Source: the human T2T-CHM13v2.0 reference genome, Homo sapiens. From it: 64,000 nucleotides of DNA. The notes under the pieces are model-generated. The model made no database searches. It saw only the letters and a program-made list of their open reading frames with translations, and was not told the origin of the DNA. Both the position numbers and the translations under genes were made by a program. The stretch's first letter is position 1. Every line of letters starts with the position of its first letter. This document shows, piece by piece, positions 13,280 to 27,230 of this stretch. The stretch lies in assembly GCF_009914755.1 (NCBI RefSeq), contig NC_060936.1, one strand, 5' to 3'.

Positions 13280-15180
13280 ATTACAGGTGTAATACAGTAG
13301 ACCATTCACCTTGTAAAAATTAAAATGTTACAGGAAAGACTAAATTCTTTTCTGCCTACTTCCTCAAATCCTAGTGCCCTCTGCACAGGAAAAATTTGTG
13401 TGCATTCTTGAATATGTTTTCTCATGCAGTTACAAACATTTAGTACATGTAGAAAATATATACTATTTTGGGGAAATACGTATTTTTAACAAACACAATG
13501 ATTACATTCTATATGTGTAGTTTTGCAACTGCTTTTTTCCATCAGCAGTCTGTGTTCAAGATCTTCCATGTCAGTATGTGTAAGTGTATCTTATATAGTA
13601 CATATCTCATATTACCCACTTAAACATCAGCTATTGTAAAGATGTACTTATTTGGCTGTTTCTCTATTGGTGGACATTTAGCGTGTTGCCAATCTCACTC
13701 TTACATACCTTGAACATAAAAAACAGAATTACCAGAACATAAGATATGCCCCATATAGAATCCTGTTAGCTGGCTATGAGAATACACATTTACCTATACT
13801 CTCTGCTAGAGCTGATATCATCAAACAATTTTTTTTGCCAACCTGAAGGATATAACAAGGTAGGTGATTGTTTAATTTTCATTTTCTTGATTTCTAATGG
13901 AATTGAGCATTGTTTTCTATATGTTTAATGCCCTATTTGTGTTCCCCTTCTGTCAATTGCCCACTTGGTTTTTATTTTGGTCCATTTTTACATTAGATTA
14001 TTTGTACTTCCTTCCATTTTTAGAGACTTTTCCTTTGTCTATCCAGAAACCAATATTTTATCTATTGTATGTTGATATATCTTCTCTTAGTCTTCCATTA
14101 AAAAAAAACTTTCTGTATATTATTTGTCATATAAAAGTTTTATTTTAAAGTAGTCAATTTACCAGTTCTTTCTCTTATGACTTAAAAAAAATCCGAAGAA
14201 GGATCTATCTACTCAATGTCATGCATGTATTTTCATTTATTTGTTTTGAACACTTTTATACACTTTTTTTCCTTTTCTTTTCTTTTTTTTTTTCTTTTTT
14301 TGAGATGGAGTCTAGCTCTGTCGCCCAGGCTGGGCGATCTCAGCTCACTGCAAGCTCTGCCTCCTGGGTTCACGTCATTCTCCTGCCTCAGCCTCCCAAG
14401 TAGCTGGGACTACAGGTGCCCGCCACCACGACTGGCTAATTTGTTTTTGTATTTTTAGTAGAGACGGGGTTTCACCGTGTTAGCCAGGATAGTCTCGATC
14501 TCCTGACCTCGTGATCTGCCCACCTTAGCCTTCCAAAGTGCTGGGATTACAGGCGTGAGCCACCGTGCGTGGCCGAATATTTTCATAAAATTTTTAATCT
14601 CACCCTTAGGATTTTAATCTAGTTGGAATTTACTTTGTAATTAGCATGAAAAAGATATATTTTATTTCTTTTTACCAATGGATTCCCAGTTGATATAACA
14701 CCACTTATTACATAATTGTCTACCCAGATTTGAAATGCCATCTTTAGCATATACTAAATTTCCATATACAGTATATGTGTACTTTCTGCTCTATTGCAAA
14801 GATCCACTTGTCTATTCTTACTTCATTACTATATTGCTTGTTATAATAAAGTTTGGTATTAGAAATTAAAGAACTAGAATTTATTCTTTATTTCCAAAAT
14901 TACCTTGATTACTGCTCTGCATTTACTCTTACATATGAATTTTAGCATGATCCTGCCAAGTTATATAAAAAATAAGTTGGGGATTTTTATTAGAATTGCA
15001 TTGAATTTACAGATAAATTTGTGGACAATTGAATGTTTATAAATATTGAATCTTGTCACTCATAATCTGATATACTTTTCAGTGAAAATTTACAGTGTCT
15101 TGCACATTTTGGTAAATTCATTTGAAGTACTTTATAGTTTTGTTGTTGTTGCAAATGGCGTTTTAAAAATTACTTTTTCT
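13280..15180 (-). mobile_element. Ancient L1M (L1ME-like) fragment, interrupted by AluY
   Basis: Degenerate reverse L1 3'UTR and ORF2 motifs (tattggtggacatttag; tagaattgcattgaatttacagataaatttg); boundaries approximate. Confidence 0.65.
14263..14574 (-). mobile_element. AluY
   Basis: T-rich tail, gcaagctctgcctcctgggttcacg, gtttcaccgtgttagccaggat, ends gcgtggcc; ~11-bp deletion in the right arm. Confidence 0.93.
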
Positions 15181-15660
15181 TGAGGTACGTAGGATAGGAT
15201 AGTACCTTTTAAATCTTTTTTCATAATAGAACTTACTCTTTTCAATGCTGAGAAAATGTCTTTAAAGCTTTAGAAGGGTGGACAGAAATGCATACAAGCA
15301 TTTGTATGCATTTTTTTCATTAAGATGTCAGGTCTATTCTCCCCAGTGTTTGAGTAGCCCTGAAGTTGCCTATTGCTCAAATTGTTTTAAATGCAGCTTC
15401 TGCTGCTCCTCTGATCTCTCATATGAAGGTGTTCTGACATTTAAATCAAATAAGGCCAAATAGATATTAATTTTAAATGCACTAACCTTAAATGTAGATA
15501 TATTTTAAAAATAAACCAGTAAATATGTATTGAAAACCTTTTATGCAAAACACAGTTACCGTTAAATATATAAAAGTGAATGTTTCCCCTGTGCTCAGGT
15601 GCTTACAACAGAGTTAGCAGTGGATGTGTTTTGAAGTTCAGTGACCACAAATTCAGTAAG

Positions 15661-15780
15661 ATAATAATAATAGCTAACGCTCAAAGAATGAGCATTATAT
15701 GCCAGAAATACATATTACTTTAATCTTTATGAAATGCCCATGCAAGGGGCATTATTATTCCCCTCATTTTAGAGATGAGT
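15661..15780 (-). mobile_element. MIR fragment
   Basis: aataatagctaac...cattattattcccctcattttagagatgag. Confidence 0.65.
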
Positions 15781-15817
15781 CCTCTTTGTATAGGAGTATA
15801 TAATAAAGAATTTGGGT

Positions 15818-18382
<2,565 letters not shown>

Positions 18383-19194
18383 AACAAATAATTTGGCTAG
18401 CATTTGTCCCCCATTCCTGGGAAGGGGCCTCTAAACTCTGGACATTTCCTTGAGTGGTAGGATTATCTACGTTATGCATGGTGGGCCCCTCTGATCACAC
18501 CTGATAGTTTATGCTAATGTGGTAACTCAGCATGGGGGCTGGACACACTGGAAAGACCAATCCTGATTAGAGGTTTGGGGCTTTGAGCCCAACCTCCAGG
18601 GAAGGGAGAGGAATTGAAGATTGAGTTTAATCACATTGCCAATGAATCAATCAATCATGCCTATGTAATGAAGCCCCAATAAAAACTCTGCATGCTAAAG
18701 TTTGGGTGAGTTTCACTGTTTGGCAAAACTCTTTGAGTATTATCACACATGGTATCCTGGAGGAGGTAATACTGTGTGGGACTTTGCAGAGAGAAGATGA
18801 TTGCGACCCTCCCAGAGCTCCCACTCTGTGTCTCTCCCTTGGCTGGTTGTGACTTGTATCCTTCTGCCATAACAAAATTGTAATTGTAAGTATAGTTCTT
18901 TCCTGAGTTCTATGAGTCATTCTAGGGAATTATTGAATGTGAGGGGCTTCTTGAGGACCTCTAGATTTGTAGCCAGCTGATCAGAAGTGAGGGTGGCCCT
19001 GGGGACCCCAAACTTGCAGCTGGTGTCTGAAAATGAGAGAAGTCTTATAGAGGACTGTGCCCTTAACCTGTGAGGTCTGGCTTAACTCTGGGTAGTTGGT
19101 GTTCACAAGTAACACTGGGAAGTTTGCTGCTTACAAACACTTGCTGGAGGTGCCTTGTGCAAGGCAAATGACCACCCTCGAATTTGTCTGTTAC

Positions 19195-19606
19195 ACCGGA
19201 AATGTGTCAAAGAAAACTTCAGAAAATGCACAATTTCAACGTTTGTATGTTTCATATTTAGATGGGGGGAGGGGAAATTCCCCTCGCTAACTATTTTCCA
19301 TTCTCTGTGGTGGGTGTAACCATGCTGTGGCTTTCCTGTTTGTATATAAGCAGGAGTCAGTAAGGGGAGAAGCTCACTTTATATTGTCAGTGCATCCCAG
19401 CCCCAAAGCTAGATTTGACACACCAGAAATGTGTTAAAGAAAACTTGGCATCCAGGCTACTGGAGAGCTGTATACAGACTCCTTAAGAAAGAAAACTCCC
19501 AGGCGAGAATTCTGTGAACCTCTCGAAACTTATCCATCTTGAGCCTTAATTAATAGGCGCTAAACACAGAATGTGTAAAATGCAATTAAGATGCAGATGT
19601 GAGTCA
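19195..19606. promoter_or_regulatory. Candidate enhancer with NF-kB, ETS, RUNX and AP-1 motifs
   Basis: ACCGGAAAT 19195-19203, GGGGAAATTCCCC 19271-19283, TGTGGT 19306-19311, TGAGTCA 19600-19606 in non-repeat DNA; motif evidence only. Confidence 0.35.
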
Positions 19607-19818
19607 ATTTTATAGCCACTGGCTCAGAAATATGTGCTTTTTCATTTGAGAACTAAAAGACTTTATTTTATGCCATACAGCCAGAATGATACACATTTAA
19701 ACTTGCTTTCAGTTGATGGTTCCGTTGAAGTGTCCTGTGTTCAGTTTGCATTGACTAAGCCCCTATCTACATACATACCCCAGCATGCAGAGCAGCCTCA
19801 CCTCCAAAACAAAACCAC

Positions 19819-20183
19819 TGATATGGTTTGGTTGCATCCCCACCAAAAGTCTCATCTTGAACTGTAATCTGAATTATAATCCTCACTTGTTGGGGGAGGG
19901 ACCTCGTGGGAGGTGATTGGATCATAGGGGCGGTTCTCCCATGCTGTTCTCACGATAGTGAGTGAGTTCTCATGAGATCTGATGGCTTTCCCCTCCTTGG
20001 CTCTGCACTTCTCTCTCCTGCCACCATGTGAAGAAGGACATCTTTGCTTTCCCTTCCACCTTGATTGTAAGTTTCCTGAGGCCTCCCCAGCCATGCAGAA
20101 CTGTGAGTCAATTAAACCTCTTTCCTTTATAAATTACCAGTCTTGGGTATTTCTTCATAGCAGCGTGAGAACAGACTAATACA
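19819..20183 (+). mobile_element. THE1D-like solo LTR
   Basis: tgatatggtttgg...gtaagtttcctgaggcctccccagccatg...agactaataca; perfect 5-bp TSD accac (19814-19818, 20184-20188). Confidence 0.93.
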
Positions 20184-20221
20184 ACCACCCTCCCAGGGAT
20201 TTTTGTGGGTTCCAAATATTA

Positions 20222-20414
20222 TTAATCACACTGCCAGTGAATTAATCAATCATGCCTATGTAGTGAAGCCCCAGTGAAAACTCTGTATGCTAAAGTTTGG
20301 GTGAGCTTCTCTGGTTGGCAAAACTCTGAGTAATATCACATATTGTATTCTGTAGGAGGTAATGCTGTCCAGGACTCTACAGAGAGAGGATGACTGCAGC
20401 CCTCAGAACTCCCA
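20222..20414 (+). repeat. ~190-bp MER21/77-type fragment, direct copy of 18627-18823
   Basis: Manual alignment gives about 26 mismatches and two 2-bp gaps over ~195 bp. Confidence 0.8.
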
Positions 20415-20804
20415 AACCAAATACTGATATAAAATATTGGACAGAGTTCCAGAAAGTCTATTCATAAAAGAATTCCAAAAAGTGTTTCTTTTTTAGCCAG
20501 TGAAAGTTTCTTGAAAATGTTATGAGTTTGGGTGTTTGAGTTCCTGGGCTGGGTTGGGACTCTTGTGCATTTCACTGGGGACTGAAACACCATGGACACC
20601 TCTTCTGAGTGAAGCCTCTGTGAGTCTGTCTCATTCTTGATGGCTGAGACAGCAGAGGTGATTTCTTTAGAAGCCACAGGAGCTGCAGCTGATTCTGTGC
20701 TTCATTCTTTGCGGAGGCTGGTTTTATAGAACATTTTTGAGCTGTGACCATCAAGCGTATAGGGAAGAAGCAACGAATTAAAACAAATCTCCATATGTGA
20801 CATC

Positions 20805-21258
20805 TATCTTAGTTTCCCAGGACTGTTCTAATAAATTACCACAAATTTTGTGGCTTAAAACAACAGAAATGTATTCTCTCACAATTCTGGAGAAGAGAGA
20901 AACCAAGGTGTCAGCAGTGCCACATCCTCTCCAAAGGCTCTAGGCGAGAATTCTTCTTTGATTCTTCCAGCTTTTGGAGGCTCCAGGAGTTCCTTGTCTT
21001 GTGGCTGCGTCACTCCAAATTCTGCCTCTGTCTTCATATCTGTGCCTCCTTTTCTGTGTCTCTGTGTGTCAAATATCTCTCCCCTTTTTCTTAACAAGAC
21101 ACCAGTCATTCAATTTAGAGTCTACCCTAAATCTAAGATAATTTCATCTGGAGTTCCTTAACTAATTACATTTGCAAAGACCCTATTTCCAAATAAGGTC
21201 ACATTCTGAAGTTCCAGGTGGATGTGCATTTTAGAAGGACACTATTCAACCCACTACA
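20805..21258 (-). mobile_element. MLT1 (B/C/D-like) solo LTR
   Basis: ttagtttcccaggactg...aaattaccacaaa...ggcttaaaacaacagaaat...gcaaagaccctatttccaaataaggtcacattctga...attcaacccactaca; TSD acatc/gcatc. Confidence 0.88.
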
Positions 21259-21289
21259 GCATCCACAGATGCAGATTTGAGTGACACAT

Positions 21290-21410
21290 TTGTTTCATCT
21301 CATTTCCCACGTTTTTAAACCAAGGCTGATAACGACACCTACTCTAACCACCTCACAACGTTGTTAAGATTAAATGAGATAATTGGTGTGAAAATCCTTT
21401 GTAAACTATT
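21290..21410 (+). mobile_element. MIR fragment
   Basis: cctcacaacgttgttaagattaaatgagataat...tttgtaaact. Confidence 0.6.
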
Positions 21411-23031
21411 ATAGGAGTAACAGGATGGATATAAAACAAAAGATCTTAACAGCTGGCCATAGGATTTACTATTTTTGTTGAAGAAAATAACCTAATGAGA
21501 CTGCTTGCTGTGGCAGGGAGAGGCTGAGGCTCCCAGGTGGGCAAGAACTGAAGTAACAAATATGCATGCCTGATCTGCCTTGTATATGGCAAAGAGAGGA
21601 AGATTTTATTTTGTTTTTCATTTCCCCAAAGAGGGGGTGTGACCTGGCAGAAGTTAGGACACTTTCTGGAGCTAAAGGCGGTAGCACCTAAAAGCAGGGA
21701 GGCTGCAATTATTCTTAAAAACAGAAATTGCTGATTTGTGTCTTATGTTGTTTGCTCCGTGGTGTGTAATGTGGCCCTCTTCCTATGATGATTAAGTCCT
21801 CAGAAATGTCAACTGCACTCAGGTCTGTTTAGAGCAGGTAGAATTTTTTTGGACAAGTTTTGGAAATCATGTCAGGGGATCAGTTTCAGGTTTCGGCAAA
21901 CATGACTTGGGAAAGAAAATGCACACATATAAGCTGGCACCAAGAGATAAAGAAGACCATGAGAATGTCATCCTTTCCCTCACCACTTGAGAATTAGCAG
22001 AAACTTGGGGGAGGGCTTTGGTTTCAACCAAGGCGTGGAATTAGGACGGAGCTATCCTACATTTCCCAGGGCAGAATGGCCCCAGGTAACATCGGGTTAC
22101 TTAGCACTAGACGTAGGTATTGAGAAAGAAACTAATGTGGTTTGGAGAGGGACACAAAACATTTACAAGTGGCAGTGGAAGGTCCCTCCCCAAGATTGTA
22201 GCCTTGTTTAAGGTACTGGGCTCATAGCTCTTAAAGGTATATTCTAGAGAAGCTCAAGTTCTAGACGAGATGGACTCGTGACCAGGCAGTATCCCACGTA
22301 ATGATGAGCGCATGGAGAGTGGTAAGTAGGTGCAGCTAAGGAGCAGGTGGGACTTGGCTCACACACTAATCCAAGGTTGGATTTTGGGTAGAGAGGTGTC
22401 ATTACAGCTTTCTGGAGCTTGAGACTTCCAAATTGTCTTAATTCAGAGTTGGGTGGGGAAAAAACAAAGTGCAGAAGATACTTCCAATATCCCTTGCCTG
22501 ACTTGCCTATCCGTTAACACTTTCCTTTTAAGTAAGAATATCAAGAGCTCAGGAAGAGATGTTTTGGAGATGGCAGGGTCTAGTTGTGCCCCTTAAATCA
22601 TACTTCACTGGGAGTACCACCTCCCTGTATAGCTAATAATCAACTGTATTCAAATTCATTGATTGCCACTTCACAGAAGCTAACATAAAAGATGGCAAGA
22701 AATTCCAGTGATGGTTATAATAAAGCAAAAATAGTTATAAGGAAAAATAAAAGCAATGGAAATATATTAATATTTGAGCAGTTAAAATTTTGTTAGGAAG
22801 CTAAAGAAGTTGTGTAAGAAATAAATTACTGAACACTAATCACTTGCTTAGTCATGAAGGAAATAGCTACTGATGTTTTGAAAGCTTTGTAGTACCAATT
22901 GAACAGCCCTTCTTTCCAAAAGTGGCTCATTACTTATCCAGCTTTGATTGCACCAGCTGAATCATTAGTTGTTAGGGTGGATCCTCTTGTCATTTGCTCT
23001 GGAGAATGAGGCTTCTATTCCCCAAACTGTG

Positions 23032-23036
23032 CATAT

Positions 23037-23077
<41 letters not shown>

Positions 23078-23080
23078 TGT
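23032..23080 (+). repeat. (CATATA)n microsatellite
   Basis: Direct hexamer repeat catata/tacata. Confidence 0.9.
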
Positions 23081-23148
23081 ACATCTGTATGAATAAAAGC
23101 TGGTAGCTTATAAATACAGACATAAAAGTATGTCATATATGTATATAC

Positions 23149-23716
23149 AGTCAATCCTCATCATTTACAGATTCCATATTTGTTAATTTGCTTACTCATT
23201 AAAATATATGTGTAATCCCAAAATCAGTACTGTTGGTGCTTCTCCAGTCATTTGTGGATGTATGCAGAGTGGTGAAAAATTTGAGTCGCCCAGACATGTG
23301 CATTCCCAGCTGAGCTCCAACAGAGAACTGTTCTGCCTTCTTGTTCAACTCTCTCATACAGAGATGGCCAGAAGCTGGAGCCAGTGCAGGGTGGTGCAGG
23401 ACAGTGCAAGAAGCTCTGGTTCTGGGGCCAACTGGATCAGGCTTGAATCTCAACTCTGGCACCTGATGGTGGGGCGTCCTCAGGCAAGTCATTGAACACT
23501 TCTGACCATAAGTTTCCTTTCTGTAAAATAAAGTAAAAAGAATCTACCAGGATGAATTGTTCTCAAGAATTAATACTATAATCTGTGTAATATACACACA
23601 TACAAATAAAATATATATTATAGATACGTAGTTTCCCTGCATGAAGTGGTTCAGTTTTCACTAATTTTGTGCCTACAGCAACTTCATAAAGTATAACTAC
23701 CATAAACAACATACTA
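23149..23716 (-). mobile_element. MER82/Tigger-family DNA transposon with an internal MIR-like segment
   Basis: cagtcaatcctcatcatttacagattccatatttg...gagtggtgaaaaatttgagtcgccc at one end; ttcagttttcactaatt...ataactaccataaac at the other; TA-rich flanks. Confidence 0.7.
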
Positions 23717-24592
23717 TATACATATATATGTATGTATACATACACGCACATACGCAGTTACATGGAGAGAGGAACACATACTTGCGGTTTGTCCGTCTTT
23801 GCTATTATTCTCAAATCAATACAGGTATAATCAACAGACTATTGTTAATGGCTCTTTTTTCTTCCATTTTTAGTAGTGAAGAAATGATCTCTCAGAAGAA
23901 CTTTCCTCCTTATGAAAAGGAAGTAAATTGCTCACTTTTTATAGACGCATTCAGTCTCTTGGGGAATACCTACGTGAGCCCATTCAGTAAACTACCTCTT
24001 TCAATACACTGAATAGTATCCCATTAGTCTGACCATGTTAATGCAACTTCAAAAGGAAAATAATTCACTCTTTTATCATAAGTATGATGAGAACTATAAC
24101 GCACATATTCTCCGACTCTTTTTCTATTCATTGGCTAGGACTGCTAAATGAGGCTTACATTATTACTGTAAAAGGATGGCTGCCCATGACAAGTCAAAAA
24201 TAATGTCACTAAATTCACAATAGCATGGAAATTTTGAGAATTTTTTTCAAAAGTTATAGTAGGTTTGGAATATTCTATTCTCGCTTTTCCTCTAAAAACT
24301 CTCGGTGACCCAAGGAACACGTTTGCAAGACAGCTGAAAGGCATCGGGGCATCTAACCTTGGAACTGAGTGAACTAACTAGTCTACGATGGCTATGGACC
24401 TTCAGTCTGGACCTCTGTAACCCTATAATGTAAAGCCCTTGAACTAGTGGAAAGTATTCAGACATGGAAGTGTGGCATTTAACTTGCCACAACTAAGGGT
24501 AAAACCATTTTATATTTATATTTGATGTTACAAAGAAAGAATTCCTGTACACAAGCCTTCTTACTAGATGGGAATTAAAGTTGTGTTCTAAA

Positions 24593-25000
24593 TGTATTAG
24601 CTGGAATAGATTAAGTCAAAGAATAAATAGGCCCCCAAACTAATGATGGCTCAAATATGAGAGGAATTAGTCTCTCATTTATATGAGTTCAAATGGGTGT
24701 TTCTGGATGACAGGTGCATTTCCTCTATGAAATGTTTAAGGGATCCAGGCTTCTTACATCTGTGGCTCTGTCATCTCTTAGGCCCTCATTGTCATCTGCA
24801 TCTACCAGGCAGAAAGAGGAAAAGAGTGTGGGGCAAGTAGTCACTTTGTAAAAGCCTTGGCTGAGAAACTCTGTGCAACATTTATGGATTCAATTGGCTA
24901 GAACTCAGTTCTGTGTCCACACCTAACTGCAAAGGATCCTGGAAACTGTGGTTTCCTTATGTGCCCAGGAAGGAAAGGAGATCATGGATTTTGGCAAGCA
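24593..25000 (-). mobile_element. Old MLT1 (K/L-like) LTR
   Basis: ggatccaggcttc...catctgtggctctgtcatc...attggctagaactcagtt...ccacacctaactgcaaagga. Confidence 0.7.
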
Positions 25001-25439
25001 TCAGGCCATGTCAGGCATGGGTGTCGTTATGCTATTGGACCTGAAGGAGGAACATAGACCCTTCCCCCTCTTCCCCCCACCATGGCCATAGGTAAGGGAT
25101 GAGATTTCAGAAGAGGGATAGAGAGGCATTTATGGGGTAAATATCCTGGGGAAGATGCTAATTGCTATTCAGAAGCAAGAACCGAGATAAAAAGATCAAA
25201 GTCAGAGGGCAATCCATCATTGTCTGTCTCTCACTTGATTTCTCTCTTAATCTTAAAATTGACTGAAAAAGGAGTTGAGATGCTTAAAAAGCAGTTCCTC
25301 ACATGAAAGTGAGGAACGCAAGCAACATGTTTATGAAATTATGCCAGCAACTTGGAACTCAAAGCTTCTCCCTCCTGGCATGTGGAAAAGTAATGCCATT
25401 TGTAGGAGTGAGTGGACATTTTCATAGTTCTCCATGTGT

Positions 25440-25885
25440 TGAGACCTCCCCACCCCTCAACAAAGCAATTATGTTTTCCAACCTCCCTTGCCCCTAGGAT
25501 GCAGATACGTACCTTAGATTCTTCCAAACAGATGTATGTACCTAAAGGCACACTACCTGAGGAAACTGGCAGAGCATTGGGGCACCTGAGTCACTGGGGT
25601 GGGAATGAACAAGACAAGGTATTCCGGGGGTTAACAGTAGTGGAGGCAACCTCCTGGTCACAGAAAAGTTTGAGTGGTTCTGGAGTTGGTGACAGCAGCT
25701 ATCCCATTACTTGGCCAGCTTTGTGGGCTGGTTCTGGGAGTTGTTTTTGGTAGCTTAATCTAAATGCTATTCTTCCAGATCTTCCAGTGATTCTGTGACC
25801 TTTCTAATATTATTTAATGCATTTCTTCTGCTTTAACTAACTAGAGTGAATTATGTTATCTGCAACTAAGAACTTTGACCAATAC
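25440..25885 (+). mobile_element. ERVL LTR (LTR16/LTR33-like)
   Basis: 3' end ttctgctttaactaactagagt...tgcaactaagaactttgaccaatac typical of these LTRs; 5' boundary approximate. Confidence 0.55.
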
Positions 25886-26494
25886 TGAGATCCAGCTAGC
25901 CATGGTAAAATCAGAACTCATTGCTTTGCCTATAGAACGATTGATCTTCCTTAAACTGTTTATTCACATTTTCTTACTCCAGCCAGAATTAGTGCTGTGC
26001 TAAAGATATGCAAAGGAAGAGTTTTGTCTATATTGTACAGAATGTTAAAGCTAGAGCAAAATACACTTGGAAGGTAGCACATTTGTGGCTGAAATTATGA
26101 AAGCAGGAGAACCCCAAGAGGGGATGTTACATTTCATGAGACTGAGTCAAGACCACTTGTTCAGCAGCCCCTCTATCCCAGGGAATTTTCCTTCCTTAGT
26201 TAAACCCTGGAGATTCTGGAGTGTGATTTATTAAAGAAGAAAAATCCCTTCAGAGATGGACTACAAAAAGAAATCAGCTTACTCCTTACAAATAGATATC
26301 TCATATTTTATTCTGATTGCTCTAAAAGGCAATGATTACTTGGGCATAATGTTTGGAGAAGTTATTTATTTTATTCAAAAATTTTCCACACCAAATAATG
26401 TTCCTTGTGTAATATAATCTTGCCAGAGACTGAAACGAAGGGCATGCCATGAGTATTGGATATGCAGACGAGAGATGGCCTTGGTTTTTGAGAG

Positions 26495-26660
26495 GAAACT
26501 TGGTGTAGTGGAAATAGCATTTGGGTTCTGTTACTTAGCAGCTGCCTGTGACCTTAAGCAAGTCATTTAATTTATCTGGGTCTCATTTCCTCATCTGTAA
26601 ACTGGAGATAATAATCATAGGACCTTACTCAAAGGGTGATTAGGCTTAATTAAAAGTGTG
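26495..26660 (+). mobile_element. MIR
   Basis: tggtgtagtggaaatagca...tgtgaccttaagcaagtcatttaa...tctcatttcctcatctgtaaactggagataataat. Confidence 0.8.
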
Positions 26661-26994
26661 TCATGACTCTTTGTTACAGGCAGTAGAAACCAATTCTGGC
26701 TGACTTAATCAGAAAAGGAATTATTGGGAGGCCATCGAGATGCTCACAAAATTGAGAGAAAGGTGAAAGAACCAGGACCAGAAAATGAGCAGATGCTGAG
26801 GGAAGTCAAGCAAATAAAAATGAAATCCATTGTCAACACTAGGAATGGCTGGTTGAGATTCCCCCACTGGCTCCCCACAACTGGCTCCTCTACCACTGAG
26901 GCTAGTTCTCACTGCTGCTGCTGCCTGTGTGGGTCAGACATTGATGCCATGGCACTCTCACCTCCACTGACTCTAGGCATCATCTCCTCTCGAT

Positions 26995-27230
26995 GATGAC
27001 TTGAACCTGAATGGAAATTGCTTATGAGAGACAACTGCTAAACATTCAGGAATTTCACCAGCTGGTGTTAAAGAGTTTTAGTTTGAAATCAGCCATGGCG
27101 GGAATTATTTACACCATGGAAATTGGCAAACATTACAAATCAGGTCTGGTTTTGCTTCCCGCCCCCCTGCACCCCCACCCGCCCCCTCCGCCGCCCACCC
27201 CCCAAGAGCCAGTTTATCTGCAAAATACTT
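26995..27230 (+). mobile_element. MER63A-like hAT DNA transposon
   Basis: gagagacaactgctaaacattcaggaattt...tttacaccatggaaattggcaaacattacaaatcagg...gagccagtt. Confidence 0.7.

Noticed and set aside
14248-14595. TSD for the minus-strand AluY (gaacacttttata / gaatattttcata)
   Set aside because: Too many mismatches for an AluY-age insertion in low-complexity T-rich flanks
22239-22327. Plus-strand micro-exon ending in G|gtaagt
   Set aside because: Good donor but weak acceptor, stops in the frames checked, and no partner exons identified
24292-24492. Minus-strand ORF or exon in unique DNA
   Set aside because: No recognisable homology and only a marginal donor site
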